64,000 bases of DNA from Octopus vulgaris (GCA_951406725.2 OX597832.1:28458001-28522000); one strand, 5' to 3'. Shown: positions 42,881 through 56,816, numbered from the stretch's first letter. Numbers and translations are program-made. The notes: generated by a model not told the origin, from the sequence alone.

Positions 42881-43854
42881 AGGAGGGGGAAGATGTCGGC
42901 GATGACGGTACCGCGACAACAACGACGATGATGATGACGACGACGATGATGATGATGATGATGATGATGATAATGATGATGATGATGATGATGATTGTGA
43001 TGCTGATGATGATGATGATGATGATGATGATAATGATGATAATGATGATGACAATGATGATGATGACGATGATGATGATGATGATGATGACGATGATGAT
43101 GATGACAATGATGATGATGACGATGATGATGATGACGATGATGATGATGATGACAATGATGATGATGATGATGATGACGATGATGATGATGATGATGATG
43201 ATGACGACGATGATGATGATGGTTGCAATCTCTCTGTTTATTCCAATGTCTAATCGTTTGATTAATTGAGTGGTTCATTTAGTTAAAGGTCAGCCGCATT
43301 CTATCTTGTAATGGCAGCACGGAGCTCATTGGTCCCGCGAGAATCGATGGTATTGATTATGTGTCAACCAGACACGTAAAATAACCATGACACGGGTCGA
43401 TATTAATTGTCATTTATTCTTAAGTACCCCAAAATCCCAAACAGACCTTTTATTCCATGTTTTATGGCATTTAATTAAAAACACGAACCGTTTGTTCATA
43501 ATTTCTGTTGGTTTCAATCAGTGGACATTGGCCATTCCTGTTGATTAGGAATGGAGAAAGAATTTCTAGAAGAAGAAGAAGTGGGATGGTCTGTTGAGGG
43601 AATTGGTTCCAATATTAATGCCATTTGCGTTATGGAAACATGTAGAAATATGTGGAGAAATGTAGGAATGTAAGGAGATGTATAGATTGAAAGCCAAGGC
43701 TGGATCTATGACTGATCTGAGAAGAGCAACAACAGTGGAGGCGCAAATATAGACGGGGTGGTCACGGCACGAGTGTCTTTGATAATTAGTTTGCTCAATC
43801 GAGATTGACTTCGAGTTACACAACATCATCATCATCAGCAGCAGCAGCAGCAGT

Positions 43855-44350
43855 GGAGGCGCAATGGCCCAGTGGTTAGGGCAGCGGACTCGCGGTCGGA
43901 GGATCGTGGTTTCGATACCCAGACCGGGCGTTGTGTGTGTTTATTGTGCGAAAACACCTAAAGCTCCACGAGACTCCGACAGTGGGTGGTGGTGACCCCT
44001 GTTGTACTCTTTCGCCCCCAACTTTCTCTCACTCTTCCTTCCTGTTTCTTGTCCTCCCCGACTTCCTACGCAACCGCTGAGCCTGGATGCGCATTCGTCC
44101 ATCCGTCGATGCTCTCGGTGTCGGGGGTTGATCTGCTTTCTCTTCTGCGGGTCTTACGAATAGCAAAGGACCACGTTTCGGACTTCTCCCATCTTGCTCT
44201 GGGACGAAGACCGCTCACTCAACAGCAACAGTTTCTCCGTCCTTTCTTCTCTGGACAGTGTCCTGGTGACATTCCCTCCTTTGTCCACGATAACGTCCCA
44301 CACATTAACATACAGCAGTTTAAGATGACTAAATGATTTGACCTCATTGC
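43855..44350 (+). mobile_element. tRNA-derived SINE family C
   Basis: GGAGGCGCAATGGCCCAGTGGTTAG..GGTTTCGATACC head. Other copies at 27843-28412 (-), 38880-39264 (-), 51423-51705 (+). 3' boundary approximate. Confidence 0.8.
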
Positions 44351-44680
44351 CTGGGGGGTGACCTGCGGAGGTCAAAGGTACTATGCTTCCATTTCTCTTC
44401 AGTCTGAACAATAAACCAATTAGACTTCCACAAGAGAGTCTTATTTCAAAAATATTCTAAAACTAAACAATACGAGTGTTTTTTTCGGTAAAATACCGAA
44501 TATTTAATAAAATAATAGTTATCGCCATACTAATATGGCATTCTTATAAAAATAAGAATAAAGCTGTCCGCTTATTAGCTCCATGAGGCCATCGCCTTAA
44601 GTTAGCTATTTGATACACAAACTGTATCCATATAACCTTCGAACAAGGGAGGTCAGTCACTCCACACTACTTGACCGGCA

Positions 44681-44722
44681 GCTACAGACGCGTTTCGGGG
44701 TATTGCCCCTTTTCAATGCAGC
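44681..44722 (-). ncRNA. Hammerhead-like variant motif
   Basis: gctgca-TTGAAAA-gggg(caata)cccc-GAAA-cgcg-TC-tgtagc; stems pair, two core substitutions. Confidence 0.4.
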
Positions 44723-44912
44723 GTAGCCAGCCAGTAGGTGTCGCTTCCGACAATCTCTGTTCGATGGTTTTATTTACCTAGTTTCGGTGGAATACATCCA
44801 CTTGTTTTCTAATAATAGAAATATTAAAATTACTAAGTCTCTCTAAAAGAGAACAGCGGCAGCGTTCCCGGAAAATAATAGTTTTTAATAGTTTTTAGTT
44901 GTTTTGTTACCC

Positions 44913-44969
<57 letters not shown>

Positions 44970-45213
44970 CCATCATCATCATCATCGTCATCATCATCAT
45001 CATCATCGTCATCGACATTATAATCATCATCGTCATCGTCATCACCATCATCATCATCGTCATCATCATCATCGTCATCATCATCATCATCGTCATCGTC
45101 ATCATCATCGTCATCATCATCATCATCGTCATCATCATCATCGTCATCATCGTCATCGTCATCGTCATCATCGTCATCGTCATCGTCATCGTCATCATCG
45201 TCATCGTCATCAC

Positions 45214-45259
<46 letters not shown>

Positions 45260-45341
45260 GTCATCGTCGTCTTCATCGTCATCATCGTCGTCATCATCAT
45301 CATCACCATCATCATCATCGTCGTCATCATCATCATCATCG

Positions 45342-45387
<46 letters not shown>

Positions 45388-45808
45388 AGCCATCGTCATC
45401 ATCATCATCATCATCATCATCACCGTCGTAATCGTCGTCTATCTGGGTTTTTTCTTTTTACGATCCTCCCTACCATGTTTGCATGAGTCAGGTGAGTCCA
45501 ATACATTGGAGTAGAGTTTTCTACGGTTTGGACGCCATCTGTCACCTGTTTTATAATCAAGGTAATAATCTTCCCCGTCTATAGGGAAAACGAACAGACC
45601 GGGCCTGGAAACAACCACACCGTTTGATCGAGCATTTTATTTCCAAAGATCGTGCAACATGTTAAGAACATGTCTAGAAACCCGGACATGCGTTTCCGGT
45701 GAACCGAATGCAAAGGTCACCGTTTGTGTGAGCTGTGAAGCCTTGGTTTGCATTTAACGAATCTCATTCACTGACGAAGAGAAAAACGAAACACAGAGAC
45801 ACAGCATA

Positions 45809-46118
45809 GGTACGACTAGCGAACAGTGGTCCCGGTGCGCGCACTCACGTAGTCGCGCATCCGCGCTAGTTAGTCGTGACTAGTCGATCCTACAGCGACT
45901 ACCCTAGCAAAGTAAATAAAACACAAAATAAATATTTTTTGTTAAACAAAGTAAATAAAGGAGTGGCTGTGTGGTAAGTAGCTTGTTTACCAGCCACGTG
46001 GTTCCGGGTTCAGTCCCACTGCGTGGCACCTTGGGCAAGTGTCTTCTACTATAGCATCCGGCCGACCAAAACCTTGTGAGTGGATTTGGTAGACGGAAAC
46101 TGAAAGAAGCCCGTCGTA

Positions 46119-46193
<75 letters not shown>

Positions 46194-46501
46194 ATTTGTG
46201 TGTCTGTGTTTGTCCCCCTAGCATTGCTTGACAACCGATGCTGGTGTGTTTATGTTCCCGTTACTTAGCGGTTCGGCAAAAGAGACCGATAGAATAAGTA
46301 CTGGGCTTACAAAAGAATAAGTCCTGGTTTCGATTTCATACGACTAAAGGCGGTGCTCCAGCATGGCCGCAGTCAAATGACTGAAACAAGTAAAAGAATA
46401 AAAAAAGAAAAAAATAACACAAAAACACAAAGTTAGGATCGACTAGTCATGACTAGCTGGCGCGGATGCGCGCACCGGGACCACTGTTCTGAAGTAGTAC
46501 T
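45809..46501. mobile_element. Second copy of the MULE-type MITE, inverted, interrupted by a SINE (about 45960-46400)
   Basis: Same TIR and spacer sequence as 6770-7023; 9-bp TSD CACAGCATA at 45800-45808 and 46502-46510. Confidence 0.85.
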
Positions 46502-48314
46502 CACAGCATATTCTATGAGTTTCACTCAGAAGGCGTTGGACGTCGTCTGACCATAAATGAAGAAGACCAGACGACAACGGACACGCCTCCGGTCACGTGG
46601 TTTGAAAGGACGTTTCTTAAACACACACACACATACACACATGCACACACACTCATACATACACACATACACACATACACACACACACACATACACACAT
46701 ACACACACATACACACACACAAACACACATACACACACACAAACACACATACACACATACACACACACACATACACACATACACACACACAAACGCACAT
46801 ACACACGCACATACACGCACACTCATACACACACACATACATACACACACATACACACACACACACAGACACACACGCATTCATATATAAATATATGTAT
46901 GCATTCATGAATGTGTGTATGCGTATATGTGCACATACACACTCGGGTGTGGTTAGACGACATTAAGGATATTTGGCCATAAAAAAAATCTGCTTCAGGT
47001 ATATTCCATCCAGTCCTTGCAAGCATGGAAGAGGGAGTGGGCGTTAAATGATGGTCACGATAATGATCATGATGATGATAATGAGGATATATATATAGAT
47101 GTGTGTGTGTGTGTGTGTGTATGTATTTTTTTATTCTTTTATTTGTTTCAGTCATTTTGACTCCGACCATGCTGGAGCACCACCTTTAGTCGTATCAAAT
47201 CGACCCCAGAACTTATTCTTTTGTAAGCCTAGTACTAATTCTATCAGTCTCTTATGCTGAACCGCTAAGTTACGGGGACATAAACACACCCCAACATCGG
47301 TTGTCAAGCGATGTTGGGGGAACAAACACAGGCACACAAGCATACATACATACAAATAAATAAATAAATATATATATATATATATATATATATGAACGAT
47401 GGGCTTCTTTCAGTTTCCATCTATCAAATCAACTGACAAGGCTTTGATCGGCCCGAGGATATAGTAGAAGACACTTGCCCAAGGTGCCACGCAATGGGAC
47501 TGAACCCGGAACCATGTGGTTGGCAAGCAAGCTACTTACCACACGTGTATGTATGTATGTATGTATGTATGTATGTATGTATGTATGTATGTATGTATAC
47601 ACACATATGCATACACTCATACATGCGCATTCACACACACACACACGCACGCACGATTACATGCAGACTACAATACATTCGGAACTTAATTAGTCTAATT
47701 AGTCATTAGAGTTAATGAAAACTAATCGCAAAAGCGGCAAGGGAGAGAACTCGATCAAATGTCTTAACTGGAGATATATCAAAGTTTGATTTTCCCAAAG
47801 TAGCTCCGATGTTCTAACGTCCGTCTCCCTCCCACAGCTTTAAACTTTTCCTCCACCGTCGCTGAACCTCTTGTGCCAGCGAAAAACAAATGCTCGGATC
47901 ATAAACGTTTATCCATAAACAGTCCGGAGCATTTCGTAAGTTTTGTGTGGCACTTTTGACCAGTTTAAAAATGAAAAGTTTATTGCAAAGCGAATTTCCA
48001 AACATCCCGACTACATCGTGAAAAACTAGCCAAGTGTGACAATTAATCTTTGGTACGGTGTGCTTAAAGTGCTGTTATATCTGTCGCCTTCAGTCTGGAA
48101 TAAAAGAAAAAAGGTGGCAGGTCAGCTTATTGGATGTATGGTAATGCTTTACCAAAATTCCTCTGGTCCGGGGCATTTATAAGTGACTCTCTTGAAAAAA
48201 ATGTTTCAAAACTTGTAAAATGCATCTCGTATTATCGGTATGCGCGCGCGCATGTGCATGTAGGTATGAGTGTATTTGTGTGTATGTATCTAGGTATATG
48301 TGTATATATATATA

Positions 48315-48372
<58 letters not shown>

Positions 48373-48474
48373 TATATATTCCTGCCATGACCTTCCCGTC
48401 GATTTGCTCGACTAAAGGCGGTGCTCCAGCATGGCCGCAGTCAAATGACTGAAACAAGTAAAAGAGTAAAAGAG

Positions 48475-48528
<54 letters not shown>

Positions 48529-48618
48529 GTGTGTATATATATATATCTATGTGTGTGTGTGTGTGTGTGTGCCGATAGTACATACACACCTGTAACCGGT
48601 CAAAATTTATTCTAAATT

Positions 48619-48680
<62 letters not shown>

Positions 48681-48719
48681 CGTGTGTGTGTACATAAAAT
48701 CCAATTAAGGAATAAGAAA

Positions 48720-48890
48720 GTGCGCCTGAGAATCGTGTGTCTGACTCTGCACGAACCACACAGCATGGTTGTTGTCGATTTCTTCTCTTTCGCCGACGAT
48801 TCTTGTTGACATCGCGAAGAAGGAAGTCGTCCGTCTTAGATTGATAAGACTGGAATTATTCAACCAAACGACCCAACACGGTGTGGACGT
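48720..48890 (+). other. Candidate promoter / non-coding first exon of AARS2
   Basis: CpG-rich unique block after a (GA)n tract (48622-48678), ending at a donor-like GTAAGA at 48891. The first coding exon is preceded by an acceptor (ttttgcag, 50847), so an upstream exon is expected. Start coordinate approximate. Confidence 0.4.
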
Positions 48891-50236
48891 GTAAGAACCA
48901 TTTAATTACTCTTGTATTATCATTTATTGAATTAATTGCAGCCCATTTCTTTAACGACCTCCGTAATCACTGATTTTGTATTCGATTAACGAATTTTATT
49001 AATTATTATCCATAATTACTCGCACCTGTTTAATGAAATCTGAAGTTTGTTGAACATATCGCCTTCTACTGCCATTGTAATTGGTTGTCTGTTTAACCCT
49101 TGGTCAGTCCTCATCGAGTAGACCAATCTATGAATGAAATATTCCTGCCATGACCTTCCCGTCTGTTGGTATACTTAACGTTACATTCTCCTACGCGTTC
49201 CTTTTTAAAGGCTGTAGGATGTGGTTTGAGGGAGATTTGGCTTCTGTTTCTAGCAGGTCGAGCGACTTTGTAAAAGTTGCTCGTGACCGGTTGATGTTTA
49301 TTTCTGTTCTTTTAATCTTTTACTCGTTTCTGTCATTTTGACTGTGGCCCATGCTGGAGCACCGCCTTTAGTCGAGCAAATCGACCCCAGGATTTATTCT
49401 TTGTAAGCCTAGTACTTATACTACCCGTGTCTCTTGCCGAACCGCTAAGTTACGGGGACGTAAACACACTAGCATCGGTAGTCAAGCGATGTTGGAGGGA
49501 CAAACACAGACACACAAACATATACCCACACATACATATATATACGACGGGCTTCTTTCAGTTTCCGTCTACCAAATCCACTCATTACCTAACATTGCCT
49601 TTAACGAGCTGATAATGTGTGAAGGCATGTGGCTTAGTGGTTTGGGTATTCAAGTCATTATTGCAAGGACGTGAGTTCAATTCACAGCAGTGCTTTGTGT
49701 CCTTGGGCATCACATTTTATTTCACATTGCTCCAGTTCACTCAGCTGGCAAAAATGAGCTGTACCTGTAATTACCAAGGGGCCAGCCTCGTCACATTCTG
49801 TCATACTGAATCTCCCCGAGAACTACATTTAAGGTACAAGTGTCTGTGGAGCACTCAGCCACTTGCGTATTAGTTTCACAGACATGCTGTTCTGTTGATC
49901 AGATTAACTGGAATGCTCGTTGTTGTAATTGATGGGGTGACAGCTAATGTGTGATTTGAGGGTGATTTGACTATTATTTCTAACTAGTCAAGTAATAACC
50001 ACACAAGGTCTCTCTCATTCACTCAGGCTGTTAAAATGTATCATGCAACTGAAAGTGTATACGGTGGCAGCACTGAACGATTCATGAGTTATATTCCTAG
50101 CATGCAGGTTTCAAACCCTGTCAAGAGTGTAACTTAGTGGCCCAATGTATCTTATTTCTTTATTGCCCACAAAGGAGCTAAACATAGAGGAGACAGACAA
50201 AGGGAGTGAGTCGATTACATCGACTCCAGTACGTAA

Positions 50237-50395
50237 CTCTCGGAGTGGTTGGCGTTAGGAAGGGCATCCAGCTGTAGAAACTCTGCCAGATCAAGATTGG
50301 AGCCTGGTGCAGCCATCTGGTTCACCAGTCCTCAGTCAAATCGTCCAACCCATGCTAGCATGGAAAGCGGATGTTAAACGATGATGATGATGATA
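50237..50395 (+). mobile_element. Retroposon family D 3' end with (GAT)n tail
   Basis: GGTTGGCGTTAGGAAGGGCATCCAGCTGTAGAAAC..CCAACCCATGCTAGCATGGAAAGCGG..AAACGATGATG. Copies at about 54040-54422 (+), 54990-55150 (-), 57340-57485 (+), 60008-60325 (-), 60635-61050 (-), 61590-61790 (+). Confidence 0.8.
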
Positions 50396-50868
50396 ATGAA
50401 TAAAGGTGCCCGGGGTAATTGCCCTCTTTGACCCCTATAAATCTAGCTTTGCTTGCACCCCCTTGAATGCTATCTTACACACCTGGTTGGGAAACCCTGA
50501 GATAGAGGTTTGACTGCTATTTCTTTTACATTTAGTGATCACATAAATTATATAAGATTATATATATGAGATTATATAAATCTTACATTATATATAAGAT
50601 TATATAAATCTTACAAGATTGGTACTTAATTAATCGACCCCGAAAGGATGAAAGGCAAAGTCGACCTCGGCGGAATTTGAACTCAGAACGTAATGGCAGA
50701 TGAAATACTGCTAAGCATTTCGCTCAGCGTGCTAACGTTTCTGCCATCTCGCCGCCTTTTGACATAGTGGCCCAATCAAGTGGACATAACCTCAATGCTC
50801 TCACCACGCAGTGATGAAATACTCAAAATAAAACTGTCCTTTTGCAGGTGCTGTTAGCTGGTTTCATC

Positions 50869-51090
50869 ATGTTGAAGGTTGGCACCAGAGTGTGCCACCA
50901 TTGTCATCGGAGCCACACTTGCTCGGCCCTCATCCATTCCCACAAGAAAACCACGTGGTCATCGAAACGAGTCCGCAAGACATTCTTAGATTATTTCTGT
51001 GAAGAGAACGGCCATCAGTTTGTGAAGTCATCATCTGTGATCCCCACGAAGGCAGCTGGTACTTATTTTACCAATGCAGGAATGAACCAA
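50869..51090 (+). CDS. AARS2: Mitochondrial alanyl-tRNA synthetase, coding exon 1 (presequence + motif 1 region)
   Basis: MLKVGTRVCHH...WSSKRVRKTFLDYF...GHQFVKSSSVIP...FTNAGMNQ; basic N-terminus with no acidic residues; acceptor at 50847, donor GTAAGT at 51091, phase 0. Confidence 0.92.
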
Positions 51091-51722
51091 GTAAGTTTGC
51101 TTTTGTGTTTAAATATCTTTCACAGGTTTCACTCATTGAACTGCGACCATGCTGGGGCACCGTCTTCAAGTTTTCCTATTTGATCACTTTGACCGCACTG
51201 CTTGTCTGGTATTTATATTACTGACCCCTGAAGGAAGAAAGGGATGGTTGTCTTGAGTATGAAGGGATGTAACTGAACAATAAGTGGACTCAAATACCAG
51301 AAGGTATTTCTTTGTTTCATACTCTACTGATTCTGTTACTCCAGCATGGGAAGCAGGAATAAAATGATGATGATGATATGTGTGTGTGTATTTTGTTAAA
51401 TAAGGTTCCATATATATATATATGGAGGCGCAGTGGACTCGCGGTTGTAGGATCGCAGTTTCGATTCCCAGACCGGGCATTGTGAGTGTTTATTGTGCGA
51501 AAACACCTAAAGCTCCACGAAGCTCCAGCAGGGGATGGTGGTGATCCCTGCTGTACTCTTTCGCTGCAACTTTCTCTCACTCTTTCTTCTGTTGGCCTGC
51601 TCGCTTAGCCAGTGGGGTGGTGTCATTTGAAGGCTAAAACAATGTGAAGCGCATTGTGACCAGCGATGTGTAGCAACATCTGATAGCCTGGTTGGTCACG
51701 GTGATATATCTATCTATCTATC

Positions 51723-51774
<52 letters not shown>

Positions 51775-51932
51775 CATACGCATACATACATATACATACA
51801 CACACACATACACACACACAGAGCTCAAGTGTTTACATCTGGAATATATATATGTTGATTTACAAGTGGGCTAGTGTATGTTCGCACGTGTGTATTGCTC
51901 ACAATATCATTTGATGTCTTTTAGTATATTAA

Positions 51933-52274
<342 letters not shown>

Positions 52275-52450
52275 TGACTGTGGCCATGCTGGAGCACCAC
52301 CTTTAGTCAAGAATATCGACCCCAGGACTTATTCTTTGTAAGCCTAGTACTTATTCTAAAGGTCTCTTTTGCCGAACCGCTAAGTTACGGGGACGTAAAC
52401 ACACCAGCATCGGTTGTCAAGCGATGTTGGGGGGAACAAACACACGCATG

Positions 52451-52504
<54 letters not shown>

Positions 52505-53011
52505 TATATACGACAGGATCTTTCAGTTTCCGTCTACCAAATCTGCTCCCCCCCTACAGAAACAACCAAGAGTTTGGAAAGTGTTTGGTGATGGGTAAGG
52601 CTGGAAGGGCATCCAGCCATAGAAACCTTGCCAGAACAGACATGTTATTAACCCCAGAAGGATGAAAGGCAGAGGCGATTTGAACTGACAATGTAAAGAA
52701 TTGTATAATGGATAAGCGTTCTGATTTGACCTCTGGTGTGAATCTTAAATTTGGACATATTGTAGAAATTATTGACCCTTGTTTTAAACCTTTTGATACC
52801 AATCTACTCGAAGCTGCCCCTGATTCTGTGATACAAACTTCTGGATTTAAAGTAAAAATTTAGGTTAATTTATGTTATGAGAGGCACTGGTTCATGGCAA
52901 GAAATGATTTGGACAGTAGTAACACCTCCAACCCATGCCAGCATAAAAAGTGGAAGTAAAATAGTGATGATGGTTTTAGCTTATATTGATGAATCTCTCT
53001 CTCTTTGACAG

Positions 53012-53157
53012 AAAGAAGCTTGTCATCTGGCCCTGAAATTGCTGACTGATGTCTACAGAATCCCCTTGGATCGACTTTATTTCACTTATTTTGCTGGTAA
53101 TAAACATCTTTCTCTTTTGCCCGACTTGGAAACTAAAGAGATTTGGCTTCAACTCAG
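53012..53157 (+). CDS. AARS2: AARS2 coding exon 3
   Basis: KEACHLALKLLTDVYRIPLDRLYFTYFAG...PDLETKEIWLQL; cag/gtaag, 146 nt, ends phase 2. Confidence 0.93.
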
Positions 53158-53317
53158 GTAAGATATATCTCCCTCTCACTCACCTCCCTCTCTTTCACTT
53201 AACTGTTCTATCTCTCCCCAAAGTATGATATGTAAATTCATATAACGCCGTTGGGTTACGCCTGATTGATTTGGAAATTTATTTTCCCAAATTATTTATA
53301 ATATATATATATATATG

Positions 53318-53468
53318 CTTTATTTAAAAGCAGCAGAAAATTCAACAAAGCCTGTTACTCTGAGTTTCACGTTCCCGTTCGTCAGACAAGCAAAAACTGT
53401 CCGACGAACGGGAACGTGAAACTCAGAGTAACAGGTTTTGTTGAATTTTCTGCTGCTTTTAAATAAAG
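53318..53468. repeat. 71-bp-arm inverted repeat (inverted Penelope-like terminal repeats) in AARS2 intron 3
   Basis: Arms 53318-53388 and 53398-53468, two mismatches, 9-nt loop. Confidence 0.92.
53397..53434 (+). ncRNA. Minimal type I hammerhead ribozyme-like motif (mirror copy on minus strand 53352-53388 has canonical CUGACGA)
   Basis: ctgt-CCGACGA-acg(ggaa)cgt-GAAA-ctc(a)gag-TA-acag: stems I, II and III all pair. Confidence 0.6.
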
Positions 53469-53696
53469 TATATTACTCTACCACTGGTATTTCAGTACTC
53501 TTTTTTCCACCTTGTTTCACATTTATGTGTTTACTCCGGTATATATATATATGTATATATATATATCTGTATATATATATCTGTATGTGTGTGGTCTATG
53601 TTACCAGATCAGCTAAACAGTATTGATATGAGTAATTGTAATTTTTGATGTACGATTGCTACCCGAGCCCTAAATTCTTGTTCTTACTTCATCCAG

Positions 53697-53888
53697 GGTT
53701 CCAGCGGAGAGGATTTTACCATTTGATGTGAAGGACAATTTCTGGGAAATGGGCAACACGGGGCCATGTGGCCCTTGCACAGAAATCCATTACGACCACA
53801 TTGGCCATAGAGATGCTGCTCATTTGGTCAATGCTGGATCTTCGGATGTTGTCGAAATATGGAATCTGGTATTCATGGAGTACAATCG
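53697..53888 (+). CDS. AARS2: AARS2 coding exon 4
   Basis: [34 protein letters not shown]...[13 protein letters not shown]; cag/gtgag, 192 nt. Confidence 0.96.
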
Positions 53889-55604
53889 GTGAGTTACATC
53901 ATGGCTGTGGTGCTCTGTCACGTGATCAGTCCATTTTAACATGTGGTACTTTCGCCAACATGTTTTGTTGTTGTTTTTGATGTTGTTTAGTGTTAGTTAA
54001 ACCCTGGTCTAACAGAGTTATGATTTAGGACGCCCGTGTTAATAGGGTGCCAAGAGTACCATCTGAGTATGATCGTTGCCAGAGCGGCTAACTGGCTACC
54101 GTGCCGGTGGCACATAAAAGGGCACCATTCGAGCGTGATCGTTACCAGCATCGCCTAATTGGCACCTGTGCCTGTGGCATGTGTAAAAAGATTCGAGCGA
54201 GGTCATTGCCAGTACCACCTGACTGGCCCCTGTGCCGGTGGCACGTAAAAAGCACCCACTACACTCTCTAAGTGGTTGGCATTAGGATGGGCATCCAGCT
54301 GTAGAAACTCTGCCAGATCAAGATTGGAGCCTGGTGCAGCCATCTGGTTTGCCTGCCCTCAGTCAAAATCGTCCAACCCATGCTAGCATGGAAAGCAGAC
54401 GTTAAACGATGACGACGACGATGTGACCACACCATCTTACTTTTAAGCATAGTGTATCTAGAAGAACATTATTCAATGTTTCCTCCTTTTTAAAGACGAT
54501 AGAAGAGAATCAGATGCAGTGGTTCCCAACTTTTGTTATACCCCGCACCCCTAAAAACTTTTAATGTGTTCTCGCACCCCTTGAAGTAAAAATTCATGGC
54601 ACTTTAAAAGCACCCATTGCACTCTCGGAGTGGTTGGCGTTAGGAAGGGCATCCAGCTGTAGAAACTGCCAAATCAAGATTTAGCGGATTTTTTTAGCAT
54701 TAGTTAATGAAGGGAAATAACTCTTTGCCAGTGTTTATTAATAAAGGGAGATAACCCTTCAGTCAGTGACTAGTTTATTCTGGAGTGAAGTGATTCCTGA
54801 TCAATCACTGTATTTTATTAGTGACGAATCATTTTGCCCCACGGTATCGAAATTTAATTTCCATAACAATTTTGTAATTGCAACGCCACTTCTGATTTTT
54901 ATTTTATGATATTAAAGTTAGATTTTCCTTCATAGTCCACTTTGTGTCATTGGTTCCATTCTATGTCATTAGTTAAAAATATAATCATCACCATCATCAT
55001 CATCATTTAACGTCTGTCTTCCATGCTGGCATGGGTGGAACGGTTTGACAGGAGCCGGCCAGGCAGAAACCTGCACCAGTATTCCATGACTGTTTTGGGA
55101 GCTTTTTCACAGCTGGATGCCCTTCCTAACACCAACCACTCCACAGAGTGGAATCAAGATGCAGTTTACACTATTTGTTTCCGACGCACGTTTCACCATT
55201 GTGTCTATTTGCATCCTCTGCAGTGGCTGTTCATAGCACAGTTGGATGCAAACTTACAATTATTCTGCAGGGGAATACTTTATTACATTATATTGTCCAA
55301 CCCATGCCAGCATGGAAAACGGACGTTAATCAATGATGGTGATGTTAACACATTCTTTTTTTTTTTTTTTGAGTCAATCAAACGAACGCCAGAGATTATT
55401 TTGAGTCTGGTACTTATTCTGTCAATGCCTTTTTGATGAATTGCTAAGTGACGGGGATATAAACAAACCAACCCTGGCCCTTGAGCAGTATGAGATAACG
55501 ACAGATGCAAAAATGCACACAAGCACACACGTACACTCACACTCACACACACACTACACATTTTGTAAACACCTGCATCCATTCTTCCTAATTGTCTTTG
55601 ATAG

Positions 55605-55749
55605 AATGACTGACCAAAGCTTGCAGAAACTCCCCAGACAACATGTGGACACAGGACTTGGACTGGAGCGGTTGTGTTCAGTTCTGTCTGGTTCCAAAGA
55701 CAATTACAGCTCAGATTTGTTTCAAGGAATATTTAACAGAATTCACAAG
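55605..55749 (+). CDS. AARS2: AARS2 coding exon 5 (class II motif 3)
   Basis: LQKLPRQHVDTGLGLERLCSVLSGSKDNYSSDLF; tag/gtaag, 145 nt. Confidence 0.95.
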
Positions 55750-56013
55750 GTAAGCTATTTACCCCCAAAAAACAAAAACCAATTAGAACTGGAAGAAGCT
55801 GGAACTGGCCAGTGTTGGCAGAAACCAAAAGCAAGCATTTAAAAAAAAATTTCTAAAATAAAATATATTTGGATGCTTTGAAGAGAGATGAGTTCTCATG
55901 TCTGAGAGAGTACCATTCCTTGAAGAAATGAGAAGTGTATTGTTTGAGTACACATTCTTCACTTTTTTTCTTCAAAGAGCAGAAATGAGACACATAAATT
56001 TGTCTGATTCTGT

Positions 56014-56149
56014 AAAACCCCAGAAAATATTCCATAATCTGTTGACAGATCCAAGAGATTCTAGACCAAAGTGAAAGGCATTACTTGGAGGTGTTACAGG
56101 ATGGTTTACCATTCTTTTGAAAGACTTCTCAACATTTCACTGATGGTTT
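56014..56149 (+). pseudogene. Decayed duplicate of AARS2 exon 9 plus its acceptor, inside intron 5
   Basis: Near-identical to 58756-58906; 1-nt insertion, about 16-nt deletion, in-frame TGA. Confidence 0.9.
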
Positions 56150-56699
56150 ATACATATCATCATCTGGAAAAGATTTTCTAACTAGAAAGGGTATGGCCTG
56201 GTCAGCCTGTAATGATAGGCATAAGATCTGGTCATCAAATCTAAGTAGAGACTTCAAACTTGAAATCTTCAAAGCCATAGTTGAACCAATTCTACTATAT
56301 GGCTCAGAAACCTGGACGTTACCAAAGAAGCTTGAGAGGCGGTTGGATGGAACTTACACTCGCCTCCTTATGAGAGCTCAAAATCTCTTGTGGAAGCGCC
56401 ATCCAACCAAAATGCAAATATATGGGAAACTACCACCTGTATCATCTCTTGTGAAAGGTAGGAGAGTCCAGTTTGCTGGACATTGTTGTAGAGCTGAAAA
56501 CGAGGTAATTTCTACTCTTCTCCTCTGGAAGCCATCTACTCGCAATACCAGAGGGCGCACACTCTCCTACTCTGATGTAATCTCCAGGGATACAGGCATC
56601 CAACAACAGGACCTCCGTAATGCCATGATGGACCGTGAAGTCTGGCGTAGCATGGTAAATTCCATTGTCTCGACCACAGTCGAACAATGATGATGATGA
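56150..56699 (+). mobile_element. 5'-truncated RTE-clade LINE
   Basis: ORF 56193-56690 (IFKAIVEPILLYGSETWTL...LDGTYTRLL...FAGHC...) is a typical RTE post-RT region; (TGA)n tail; TGATGGTTT duplicated at 56141-56149 and 56700-56708. Confidence 0.9.
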
Positions 56700-56816
56700 T
56701 GATGGTTTGTAAATGTTTTAAAGCCTTGAAACTTTTTTCTTTTTTACTGGAACTTCTTTGCCTGCAGCTTGCCAACTTCTCTGAGTAGAAAAATGGTTGT
56801 GTTTGTTTTGTTGTAG

